Shown one piece after another: positions 1 through 11,137 of a stretch of 64,000 nucleotides of DNA. The notes beneath the pieces are model-generated. The model did no database searches. It was not told the DNA's origin and was given only the letters and a program-made list of their open reading frames with translations. Each line of letters begins with the position of its first letter. Position 1 is the stretch's first letter. The DNA is taken from positions 39,517,816 through 39,581,815 of the forward strand of contig CP154954.1 in NCBI GenBank assembly GCA_039621445.1. Direction: 5' to 3'. The position numbers and the translations under genes were made by a program. The stretch comes from Euglena gracilis. Its lineage: Eukaryota.

Positions 1-903
1 GCAGGGGTGGTGTGCGGCGGGCAGGGCGGTGGGGGTCAGGCGCCCGCAGGGGTTGTCAGTGGGGCGGGGTTGCCTGGGTGTGGAGGCTTGCGTGCGTGCC
101 ACGCATTACTTTGCCCTTGCTGTTTTTTTTGAGTCACAAAACAGATAATTGATGTTGATGCGCGCAATTGCGCAAATAAAACGTACGACGGTGTGCGTGC
201 CATGGGATGAGAGGGGTGCCAATGGAAGAACCACATGATTGAAAGAGATGGGGATGAAAAGACAGGAGGGGAAAGAAAAAAGGCCGACTGGCAAACAGAC
301 CCCCGGCGGGCGGGGGTACACGCTGGCCGCCCGGGGCTGAACAGGAGGAGGGGGGCCGCCCCGCACTCCGCCGCGCGCTGGTTGTCAGTGGGGGGCGGTG
401 CTTGAGGGGAGGGGTAATTATTTTTTTTTGAACACGGGCGAGAGGGGCAGCACGACACGAGAGGGGGGCTGAAGGGTCACGAGAGGGGGTGTGTCACACC
501 AACCCAAAAAAAAAAAAAACAGAAGTCCACCTCCCTGCAGGGTAGAGGGCGTGGGGATGACGGTCAGCAGGGGGGCGGTGTACACGGACACCCATGGCGG
601 TGGGGCACTGTCTCCCAACTGGCAGGCAAATAACAAAAAAACAAACTGTGCGTTTTACTTGCGCAAGTGCGCGCATCAACACCACTGATGAATTTTTTTT
701 TCGAAATAAGAATTCTGAGAGGGGACAGACCATAGCCGAGAGGGGACTGAGAGGGGGAAACAAACTTGTAACTGTAACATTTGCGCAAATGCGCGCATCA
801 AATGTGTTTTGTTAAAAAAAAACATGAGAAGCGGTGAATGGCGTGGGGAGGAGAACTGAAGAAAAAAAAAGAAGAAGGTGCTGAGACAGGCCCACAGCCA
901 GTC

Positions 904-3900
904 TCACTTCTTGTGCTTGGTGAGCCGCTTGGCCAGGCTCTCCGAGGCGGCCGCCGGCTTGGCGCCGGGCTTGGGCAGCCCGCGGCGGACGGTGCTCCGG
1001 GGCGCCGCAGGCGGGGCGGTACGAGGCGGTGGCGGTGCCGGGGCCTCCTCCTCCTCGGACTCCTCCTCCTCGGACTCCGCCTCCTGCGTCGCCGCCGGTG
1101 CCGAGGCCGCCGCTGCCTGCGACGACGCTGCCTCCGCGGCCACCTTGGCCTTGGATGCCTCGACGATGTGCTTCATCGCCGGGTACTTCTTGGGGTCGAG
1201 GAGGTGGTACGACTTGGGGCCCTTCAGGCTTCAGGGCCTCCCCCGGGCCCGGGGGACGGATCAGTCCCGCCGCCTTCCACCGGGTGTCCTCCTTGGCTCC
1301 CTTGCCCTTGCCCTTGCCCTTGCCCTCCCCCTTCTTCTCCTCCCCCTGCTTCTCCTTCCACTTCTGGGGCACCGGCTTCCGGTACCCGGGGGTGATCTCC
1401 TCGATGGTGTCCTCCTCCTCTTCCTCTTCTCCCTGCTGCACTGGTGGGACCGCGGGAGCTTCGCTGGCGACTGCGGAGGAGGTGTCCGAGCTGTCACTGC
1501 TGCTGCTGCTGCTGCTGCTACTGTCCTCCTCCACCTCCTCCTCCTCCGGGTGGCGGCTGGGCTGGGCCACCGGCGGCGGCACGATGATGGGGCTGGCTCC
1601 GGGTTCGGGCGGGGTCAGCTCCGGGGTCTCCCGGCCGGGGGCGGTCATCTCCACGTCGCCCTCCTCCGGGCTGTCCACCGCCTCGGTCTCCTCCCGTCGG
1701 GGCTTGGGGGCTGGGGGCCTGCTGGGCCTCTTCTCCGGCTCCTTCTTCCGGCGCTTCTTCTTCCGGTCAGCCCCACCCTTCTGGCGCTCCTCCAGCTTCT
1801 GCAGGCGGCGCTGCTCCTGCCGGATCTTGGTCTGGCGGCGCCGCTCCTCGGCCTCCTTGGCCCTCGCCCCGCCTCCTCAGCGGCCAGGCGGAGCTTGTCC
1901 TGCAGGGCGGCGTTCTCCAGGGGGACCCAGAGGGCGTCCCCCCCTTCCAGGGCGGCCAGCAGGAGGGGCAGCATGGCGGAGGCGACGGGCCGGGGCAGGG
2001 TCACCGTGTTGGCCACGGTCTGGGTGACGTCCTCCAGGCTGCTGGCCGAGTCCTCCACCACCACCAGCACCTCCGGGGGCTTGGCTGCCCAGGCCGCCAC
2101 CCGGCCGGCCACCGCGGCGTCGGTGGTCTGGATCACCATGGCGTTGGCGGCCTCCATCCGCCGCGCCACCCTCCGCCACAGCCACTCCACGCACAGCCAG
2201 TGCAGCCCCTGCCCGCAGCTGGACTCCACGTCCCACTCCACCTTGGGCAGCACCTGCGAGGGCACGATGGGACCAGACAGGCATGGAAGGCTGAAAGAGT
2301 TTTCTTGTATAAGGTGCGCGCAATTGCGCGCATCAAACGATCACATTTTAAAAAAGATGCAGATGGGTGACCCTCCAGTATCCACTGTCTGAAATGCGGA
2401 ATGACAATCTGCAGAATGCGTGAGGTGGGGTGGGTACCTTGCTTCGCTCCACGTCACCCGGGCCGTACACGACCACCAGGGCCCGCTTCTCGAACTTGCG
2501 GGCCACCCCCTGGCCCCCCTGCCGCAGCCAGACGTCCACCGTCACCGACTCCCGCCCCGGCGCCAGCCGCCGCACCGCCGCCTCCACCGCAGCCACCGCC
2601 CCGGCACCGCCGTAGATGGCAACCGGCACGACGCCGGCCAGGCGCTTGACCTGCTCGGACAGGAGGGGGCAGGATTCTGTGGAGAGTGTGTTGGCGCATT
2701 GACAGACACCTTGAGTCATTGGATTTGCGCAAGTGCGTGCAACAAAACATTTGCGCAAGTGCGCGCATCAAATTTAAAAAAAAATTGCATACACAACTGG
2801 GGAGCTGTTTCTGTTGAGAGTGGGAGTATGAATTTCTTTTTTTTGTGCGCGCAATTGCGCAAGTGAAACAGAAACTACTAAAATTGAAAAGACTCACGTT
2901 TAAACAGAACCCTGAGCCCGTGTTGTGGGTGACCTCGATGGCGACGAGGCCACTGCGGCCCCCAGCGCCTCCGCCGGGACCGCTCCGCCGCTGGCCTGGT
3001 ACACCAGGCAGCGCACCCCCTTCTCCTCCCCGGCCGGCCGGGCCACCCCCACCTCCTGGAGGGCCCCGCCCTCCTTGGCCACCACCTCGGTCTCCACCGT
3101 CGGGAAGGCGAAGGAGGCCCGCAGCTCCTCGTACTGCGCCTCCACCCAGAAGGGGGCCGTCAGCACCGCCGCCAGGGGGGGCTTCGGCTCCGCCGGGCTC
3201 CAGGTCCACGACCCCAGCCTCGCCACCTGCAGCGCCGCCACCGGGACGGTCCGCTTGAAGCGGCTGCGCTCCGCCCCGTTGTGCACTGCGAGACAACGGT
3301 GAAGGGGGGGGGGAGAAGCACGTGACCACACTTGCAATGCACCCAGTGACCATCACCACCAACCGCCGTCCAATGCTATGGGCACCCTTCATATGCAACC
3401 CCGACCCACGCAGACCCCAGTGGCACACCCATCCGCGCGTGGATGTTGGGGTTGTCGACCCGCCACGCGAAGGCCACCCACATCTCGTGGGTGGCCTCGG
3501 TCACCGCCTGCTCCAGCTGGGCCAGGCCGATCCCCGGGCTCTGCAGCGCCGCCGCCACCTGCGCCCGCGCCTCGGGGGTCAGCAGCCGCCGGAGGGACCG
3601 CACGTGGGAGGACAGCAGCGTGCGGCCCCTCGCCGCCAGCGCCGACTCGACGCTCAGCAGCCCCGCCACCGCCTCCGGGTTCTCCTCCACCAGCCGCTGC
3701 AGCGGCCCCCACATCTGGATGACCTGCCCCTGAGGCAATGACACAGAGACTGGAACCCTACGCCAGTACATCATGACAATGCACTACGTCTTTGTGAGAC
3801 ATTTTTTATGCGCGCAATTGCGCAAATAAAATGGGAACCACGTCATCTGGGGGACCGACCGGTCCCAGCCGGCCTGCCGGTAGGCCGCAGCCAGCCGCAC

Positions 3901-5033
3901 CGCCGGCACCGTGCTGATGTCCTTCCCCTTCACCAGGAGGTTGGCGAACTGGGGGATGGACAGCTCCTTCACCGACGACTGGATGGCCTGCGCATCCCCG
4001 CCGGCCGCCCGCCGCAGGTGCACCGGGGTCAAGGGGTGGAGGATGGTGGCGAGGACGTATTTCGCCTGGCCACAGCCCTGCATTTGCACCACTATCTGTG
4101 AGACCTGGGAGGGGCTGCACAGGAGGGGCGACACGAGAGGGGTGGCATGAGAGGGGCGGCACGAGAGGGGCTGCACGAGAGGGGCTGCACGAGAGGGGTG
4201 ACATGGGAGGGGCAAAACAAAAAACACACAAAGAAATACAGAGCTGAATCCTTCGGGGGGTTCAACTTCTGGGACCTGAAGCCCTCCGCCCAGCGCTTCA
4301 GCGCCGAGGTGATGTGCTGCCCCGACATCAGCACGTAGTGGTTCTCTGTGAAAACAGTGGCAGGATGTGCGCGCAATTGCGCAAATCAAATGACATTGTG
4401 TGCTTGTGCGCGCAATTGCGCAAATCAAATGACATTGTGTGCTTGTGCGCGCAATTGCGCAAATCAAATGCATTGTGTGCTTGTGCGCGCAATTGCGCAA
4501 ATCAAATAGTACCAACCATGCAAAGCACAGTGGCCAAAGCAGAGCCCCACATACCAACAGAGACTCCACAGGCTAACTGATGTCAGAGAGACCGTCACAC
4601 CTCACACAGTCATATAACACACAATCACACTGAGAGACACACCGGCCTTCTTCCAGACCGTCACCCTCACCGGCTCCAGCGGGGGGTTGAGCTGCAGCTG
4701 CCGGAGCTTGCGCTCCACTTCGTTGTTGTCGAGGGGGCGGGTCTGGCCCTCCGTCATCCCGTAGTCGACGTGGAGGGTGTCGAGGGGGAGTTTGGTGCTG
4801 GTCGCCAGCACCCACTGCTCCACCTTTTCTTTGTACACCTCCGCGATGGGGAGCTTCCGGGCGGTGTTGCGGGGGCGTACCCGCCCCGGCTTGGCGGCGG
4901 GCTTGGGCTCCTGCACTGCAGCGGCCTCGGCCGGGGCGGGCTCCGCTCCGGACTCCGCCACCTCGGTCCCGGGCTCCGCCTGTCCGGGGACGGCGGGCTC
5001 CCCCTCCGGGGGGACAGCCACAGGGTCGGCCAT
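904..5033 (-). CDS. Left-arm copy of the multi-exon ParB/Srx-like + degenerate DNA-methyltransferase-like gene (frameshifted; intron-3 donor deleted; possible pseudogene)
   Basis: Mirror of the right-arm gene, ATG at 5033 and stop at 904. GC3-rich exons. Single-base indels near ~2950 and ~1865, a 7-nt duplication near ~1225, and a ~50-bp deletion near 3848. Confidence 0.7.
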
Positions 5034-5572
5034 GGTGTGCGACCTGAGGCAATTTTCAAAAAGGGGGGGTTTCTAACCAGTGACTGAACTACACATTCAA
5101 CAGCTGAATGAAGCGCATTTTAAACGCCTTCCACCCCACGGGAGGCAACCCGCCCCAAATGTGGCAAAAATTCATCCGACTTAGGCATTTTCAGGCAAAA
5201 AATAGAAAAACTGTGAAACAGTACAACGGAGCGCACAACATGCATTATTCTGGTCCGTAGCAAGGGGGGGTATGGATATGCTACGTTTTTGTAATCTTTC
5301 ACGGCCTGTCTGTGTCACAAAATGCCCAACACAAACCGGGGGTGACACGTCACGCATTCAGGTCGCGTAACTGCTAACGCACGGGCGGTTTGCCGTTGGA
5401 CGTCCGTAGGCCTGCTTTTTTGGAAATGTAGAAGGCGTACGGAGAGGAGTTTTCAATTTTTTTATTTTGGCGCACGTGCACCTCGTCACGGCGCATCGAT
5501 TGATCCGTGAAATAAAGCGTGGCGTCACTTGTATCAAAAGTTACTGAATCCTCGCCTCATCAGAAAATCCGC

Positions 5573-7983
5573 TCAGTCAGACCCCTCGAAGGGGTCCGCC
5601 GGGACGTACGCGTGGGACGCCCTCAGCTCCACAGTGTCCCGACTGCTGGTGGCCGCCCCGCGCTCCGCCTGCACTCGCCCGCCCGGCCGCTGAGGTGACG
5701 TGTCAGGGCCTGGTGATTCGAATCGCGACCGTCGAGTCGGTCGCTCACGCAGGGACCCCTCCGACGACGAGTCAGCAGCCACGGGCAACGGCAGACTCGC
5801 AGTGCCCCACTGCATTGATATTTTAAAATACACTTTTGATGCGCGCAATTGCGCAAATGTAACACAATGTATGGCTTCTGGGAGGGGGGTTTGACAGCCT
5901 ATTCTCAAAAACGGTCACACTCTGAAAACTACACAGCTACAAACGTTCAGTACCTTTCCCCCTGCTTTCAGAACACGGAGAATTACCCAAACAAACACGG
6001 AGCATGTAACACGCATGCGCACGCTGTGACTGATGGGTCATTACTTTCAAGGGGGTGTGAAGGAACTCTGTGCCAGACACAATACACAGAATGGGCCTAC
6101 CACACTTGTCTATTGGGATCAATGTGAAACAGTTCACACTTTTGATGCGCGCAATTGCGCAAATAAAAAGTGTAATCATCATTACAAGGTACATCACTAC
6201 TGACAGCATCACCACCCACTTGCAATTTTTTCTTAACGTTTGATGCGCGCAAATGCGCAAATGCTACATTACACTTTGGTATTCCTCCGGTGAATCATGT
6301 CAGCAGAACAACGGTGGCAGTAATTACAGCCCTCCCCCAGAAAGTAAATGACCAACCGCGAGTCTGGCTGCTGCCTCCCCAGCAGCCCTCTGCTGACGTG
6401 GACGGCGGCGACCCAGCACGCTGTCCCAGTGGACCTGGCACAGGTCCACCTCCGCCTGCGACCGCCGGCTGCTGCCAGCCTGCGCGTCGTAGCACAGCTG
6501 GTCCAGCTCCGCCGCCGCGTCGGCGGAGGGCACCTGGTCCTTCAGGAGCGTCCGCAGCGCGTACTGCAGCACGTCCTTCAGGGCCGTCTCGCCCTTCGGC
6601 CCCGCGTCGGGCGCCAGCAGGGACGGCGGACCGACCCAGCCGTCCGGCCACCGCGGGACCACGGACTGGTCCTCGGACTCCTCCCCCTCGTCCGCGTCCA
6701 GCTCCTCCGGCTGCCGCCGTCGCTCCGGGCGCAGCCCCCTCACCGAGGCGTACGTCACCATCTGGTGGACCAGCCGGTCGGGGGCGTCCACCGGCGGCCG
6801 CAGCTCACTGCCGTCCAGCAGGTGGTCCAGGTTGCGCAGGCAGTCCGCCAGCCACCGCCGGTCCACCCCGCCCGCTCGCAGCTCCCGGGCGCCGTGATGC
6901 CCCTGCCTCACCAGGAGGTACAGGTCCATCACGTCCTCCACCTCCACCGCCTCCGGGTGCTGCTGCATGGACCCGCCCAGCCTGCTGAGGGTGCCTCGTT
7001 CACCTCCTCCGAGAAGCAGCAGGCGGGCAGCTGCTCGTGCCACCCGTCCCACATCAGCAGCGCGCACGCCAGCGTCCGCACGTAGTCGGAGTGGCCGCGC
7101 GGCCGGTGTCCGGGTGTCGGCGCCTCCAGGTGCAGCAGCATCGTCAGGGCGTTGCACAGCACCTTCCGCGCCTGCCCGCCGGTCTGCGGCCGCCGCTCCT
7201 CCCAGTGGCACTCCCGCACCTGCCACCCCAGCGCGAAGCACGCCGGCGCCCACACCACCAGCAGGTCCTCCAGCGCCTGCGCCACCGCCAGGTCCCGCTC
7301 CAGATGCTCCAGGGCCTCCACCGCCTGGGCCTCCTTCCGGCGGCAGTGCTCCAGCGCCCGGATGCACTCCATCTCCCGGCTCCCCGACTGCCACGCCCGC
7401 TCCATCTTGGCGCTGGCCGTCGCGTGCCGCACCTGCCGGGCGGTCTGCCGCTCCGCCTCCTCCTGCCTGCGCCGGGCCTGCTGCGTCTGCTGCCGTCGCC
7501 GCTCCACCTCCGGCGCCACGGTGTCCCGCCGCCGCCGCAGGGTCCGGATCAGCCGTCGGAGGCGGGCGCGGCGGTCCGCCGGCACCAGCAGCATGGCGCC
7601 GACCCACATCTCCAGCGCCCGCACCTTCGGCTTGGTCGACCACTGCTCCCACGGCGCCATGGTGCCCCGCTGCAGGAAGAGGAACAGCGGCAGCAGGCGG
7701 CGGTACAGCACGTACAGCACCTGCTTGTACGCGTGCCACACGCCGTACAGCGGGGGCAGCTGCCGCAGCGCCTCGCCCGCGTCCCACCGCTGGCACTCCC
7801 GCCCGTACACCACCTTCAGCTGGCGGTACCAGAGGTTGATGTCCACCAGCAGAGGCAGCGGCGCCTTCACGCGGCCCAGGACGTCGCCCTTCAGGAACCG
7901 CAGGACCTTCAGCATCCCCACCTGCGAGGAGATCCGGTCGTCCGTCAGCATGAAGGGGCGCCACACCGGGACGCGGGCGTTCT
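5573..7983 (-). CDS. Left-arm copy of the 5'-truncated DDE-like transposase (Academ/DUF6589- or KDZ-like); exons ~7983-6357 and 5809-5573
   Basis: ORF 6929..7966 reads PLLVDINLWYR...LPPLYGVWHAYKQ with an intact GxWH motif, then FSEEVNE with a 1-nt frameshift at ~6993. The reading continues in the 6324..8087 frame. Confidence 0.6.
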
Positions 7984-8183
7984 CTCAGCCGCATCAGAGT
8001 CACCGCCTTTTGCGTGACACCAACTGCACAGTCACACCTCTGATACAAAACGGACCCTGAAATGTTTTGATGCGCGCATTTGCGCAAATGCGCGCATCAA
8101 AACATTTTAGGGTCTGTTTTGTATCAGAGGTGTGACTGTGCAGTTGGTGTCACGCAGAAGGCGGTGACTCTGATGCGGCTGAG

Positions 8184-10593
8184 AGAACGCCCGCGTCCCG
8201 GTGTGGCGCCCCTTCATGCTGACGGACGACCGGATCTCCTCGCAGGTGGGGATGCTGAAGGTCCTGCGGTTCCTGAAGGGCGACGTGCTGGGCCGTGTGA
8301 AGGCGCCGCTGACGCTGCTGGTGGACATCAACCTCTGGTACCGCCAGCTGAAGGTGGTGTACGGGCGGGAGTGCCAGCGGTGGGACGCGGGCGAGGCGCT
8401 GCGGCAGCTGCCCCCGCTGTACGTGTGTGGACGCGTACAAGCAGGTGCTGTACGTGCTGTACCGCCGCCTGCTGCCGCTGTTCCTCTTCCTGCAGCGGGG
8501 CACCATGGCGCCGGGGGAGCAGTGGTCGACCAAGCCGAAGGTGCGGGCGCTGGAGATGTGGGTCGGCGCCATGCTGCTGGTGCCGGCGGACCGCCGCGCC
8601 CGCCTCCGACGGCTGATCCGGACCCTGCGGCGGCGGGACACCGTGGTGCCGGAGGTGGAGCGGCGACGGCAGCAGACGCAGCAGGCCCGGCGCAGGCAGG
8701 AGGAGGCGGAGCGGCAGACCGCCCGGCAGGTGCGGCACGCGACGGCCAGCGCCAAGATGGAGCGGGCGTGGCAGTCGGGGAGCCGGGAGATGGAGTGCAT
8801 CCGGGCGCTGGAGCACTGCCGCCGGATGGAGGCCCAGGCGGTGGAGGCCCTGGAGCATCTGGAGCGGGACCTGGCGGTGGCGCAGGCGTTGGAGGACCTG
8901 CTGGTGGTGTGGGCGCCGGCGTGCTTCGCGCTGGGGTGGCAGGTGCGGGAGTGCCACTGGGAGGAGCGGCGGCCGCAGACCGGCGGGCAGGCGCGGAAGG
9001 TGCTGTGCAACGCCCTGACGATGCTGCTGCACCTGGAGGCGCCGACACCCGGACACCGGCCGCGCGGCCACTCCGACTACGTGCGGACGCTGGCGTGCGC
9101 GCTGCTGATGTGGGACCGGTGGCACGAGCAGCTGCCCGCCTGCTGCTTCTCGGAGGAGGTCAACGAGGCGACCCTCAGCCGGCTGGGTGGCTCGATGCAG
9201 CAGCACCCGGAGGCGGTGGAGGTGGAGGACGTGATGGACCTCTACCTGCTGGTGAGGCAGGGGCACCACGCCGCCCGGGAGCTGCGGGCGGGCGGGGTGG
9301 ACCGGCGGTGGCTGGCGGACTGCCTGCGCAACCTGGACCACCTGCTGGACGGCAGTGAGCTGCGGCCGCCGGTGGACGCCCCCGACCGGCTGGTCCACCA
9401 GATGGTGACGTACGCCTCGGTGAGGGGGCTGCGCCCGGAGCGACGGCGGCAGCCGGAGGAGCTGGACGCGGACGAGGGGGAGGAGTCCGAGGACCAGTCC
9501 GTGGTCCCGCGGTGGCCGGACGGCTGGGTGGGTCCGCCGTCCCTGCTGGCGCCCGACGCGGGGCCGAAGGGCGAGACGGCCCTGAAGGACGTGCTGCAGT
9601 ACGCGCTGCGGACGCTCCTGAAGGACCAGGTGCCCTCAGCCGACGCGGCGGCGGAGCTGGACCAGCTGTGCTACGACGCGCAGGCTGGCAGCAGCCGGCG
9701 GTTGCAGGCGGAGGTGGACCTGTGCCAGGTCCACTGGGACAGCGTGCTGGGTCGCCGCCGTCCACGTCAGCAGAGGGCTGCTGGGGAGGCAGCAGCCAGA
9801 CTCGCGGTTGGTCATTTACTTTCTGGGGGGAGGGCTGTAATTACTGCCACCGTTGTTCCGCTGATATGATTCACCGAGGAATACCAAAGTGTAATGTAGC
9901 ATTTGCGCATTTGCGCGCATCAAACGTTAGGAAAAAAATATGCAAGTGGGTGGTAATGCTGTCAGTAGTGATGTACCTTGTAATGATGATTACACTTTTT
10001 TATTTGCGCAATTGCGCGCATCAAAAACGTGAACTGTTTCACATTGATCCCAATAGACAGGTGTGGTTGGCCCCTTCTGTGTATTGTGTCTGGCACAGAG
10101 TTCCTTCACACCCCCTTGAAAGTAATGACCCATCAGTCACAGCGTTTGCATACCTGTTACGTGCTCCGTGTTTGTTTAGGTAATTCTCTGTGTTCCGAAA
10201 GCCGGGGGAAAGGTACTGAACGTTTGTAGCTGTGTAGTTTTCAGAGTGTGACCGTTTTTGAGAATAGGCTGTCAAACCCCCCTCCCAGAAGCCATACATT
10301 GTGTTACATTTGCGCAATTGCGCGCATCAAAAGTGTACTTTAAAATATCACTGCAGTGGGGCACTGCGAGTCTGCCGTTGCCCGTGGCTGCTGACTCGTC
10401 GTCGGAGGGGTCCCTGCGTGAGCGACCGACTCGACGGTCGCGATTCGAATCACCAGGCCCTGACACGTCACCTCAGCGGCCGGGCGGGCGAGTGCAGGCG
10501 GAGTGCGGGGCGGCCACCAGCAGTCGGGACACTGTGGAGCCGAGGGCGTCCCACGCGTACGTCCCGGCGGACCCCTTCGAGGGGTCTGACTGA
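8184..10593 (+). CDS. Right-arm copy of the 5'-truncated DDE-like transposase; exons ~8184-9806 and 10357-10593
   Basis: ORFs 8201.. and 8427..9869 are joined by a frameshift at ~8424 that corrupts GVWH. FSEEVNEATLSRL is intact. A phase-0 GT at 9807 and AG at 10355-10356 give an in-frame terminal exon ending in TGA at 10593. The exact 5' acceptor (~8184) is uncertain. Confidence 0.6.
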
Positions 10594-11137
10594 GCGATTT
10601 TCTGATGAGGCGAGGATTCAGTAACTTTTGATACAAGTGACGCCACGCTTTATTTTACGGATCAATCGATGCGCCGTGACGAGGTGCATGTGCGCCAAAA
10701 GAAAAAAATTGAAAACTCCCCACCGTACGCTTTCTACATTTCCAAAAAAGCAGGCCTACGCACGTCCAACGGCAAACCGCCCGTGCGTTAGCAGTTTCGC
10801 GACCTGAATGCGTGACGTGTCACCCCCGGTTTGTGTTGGCCATTTTGTGACACAGACAGGCCGTGAAAGATTACAAAACCGTAGCATATCCATACCCCCC
10901 CTTGCTACGGACCAGAATAATGCATGTTGTGTGTTCCGTTGTACTGTTTCACAATTTTTCCATTTTTTGCCTGAAAATGCCTAAGTCGGATGAATTTTTG
11001 TCACATTTGGGGCGGGTTGCCTGCCGTAGGGTGGAAGGCGTTTAAAATGCGCTTCATTCAGCTGTTGAATGTGTAGTTCAGTCACTGGTTAGAAACCCCC
11101 CCTTTTTGAAACTGCGCCTTGCCTCAGGTCGCACACC

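Noticed and set aside
878-9398. Long antisense or alternate-frame ORFs (878..2392, 6967..7839, 7037..8017, 8328..9398 and others)
   Set aside because: Shadow ORFs of GC3-rich exons on the opposite strand or in another frame.
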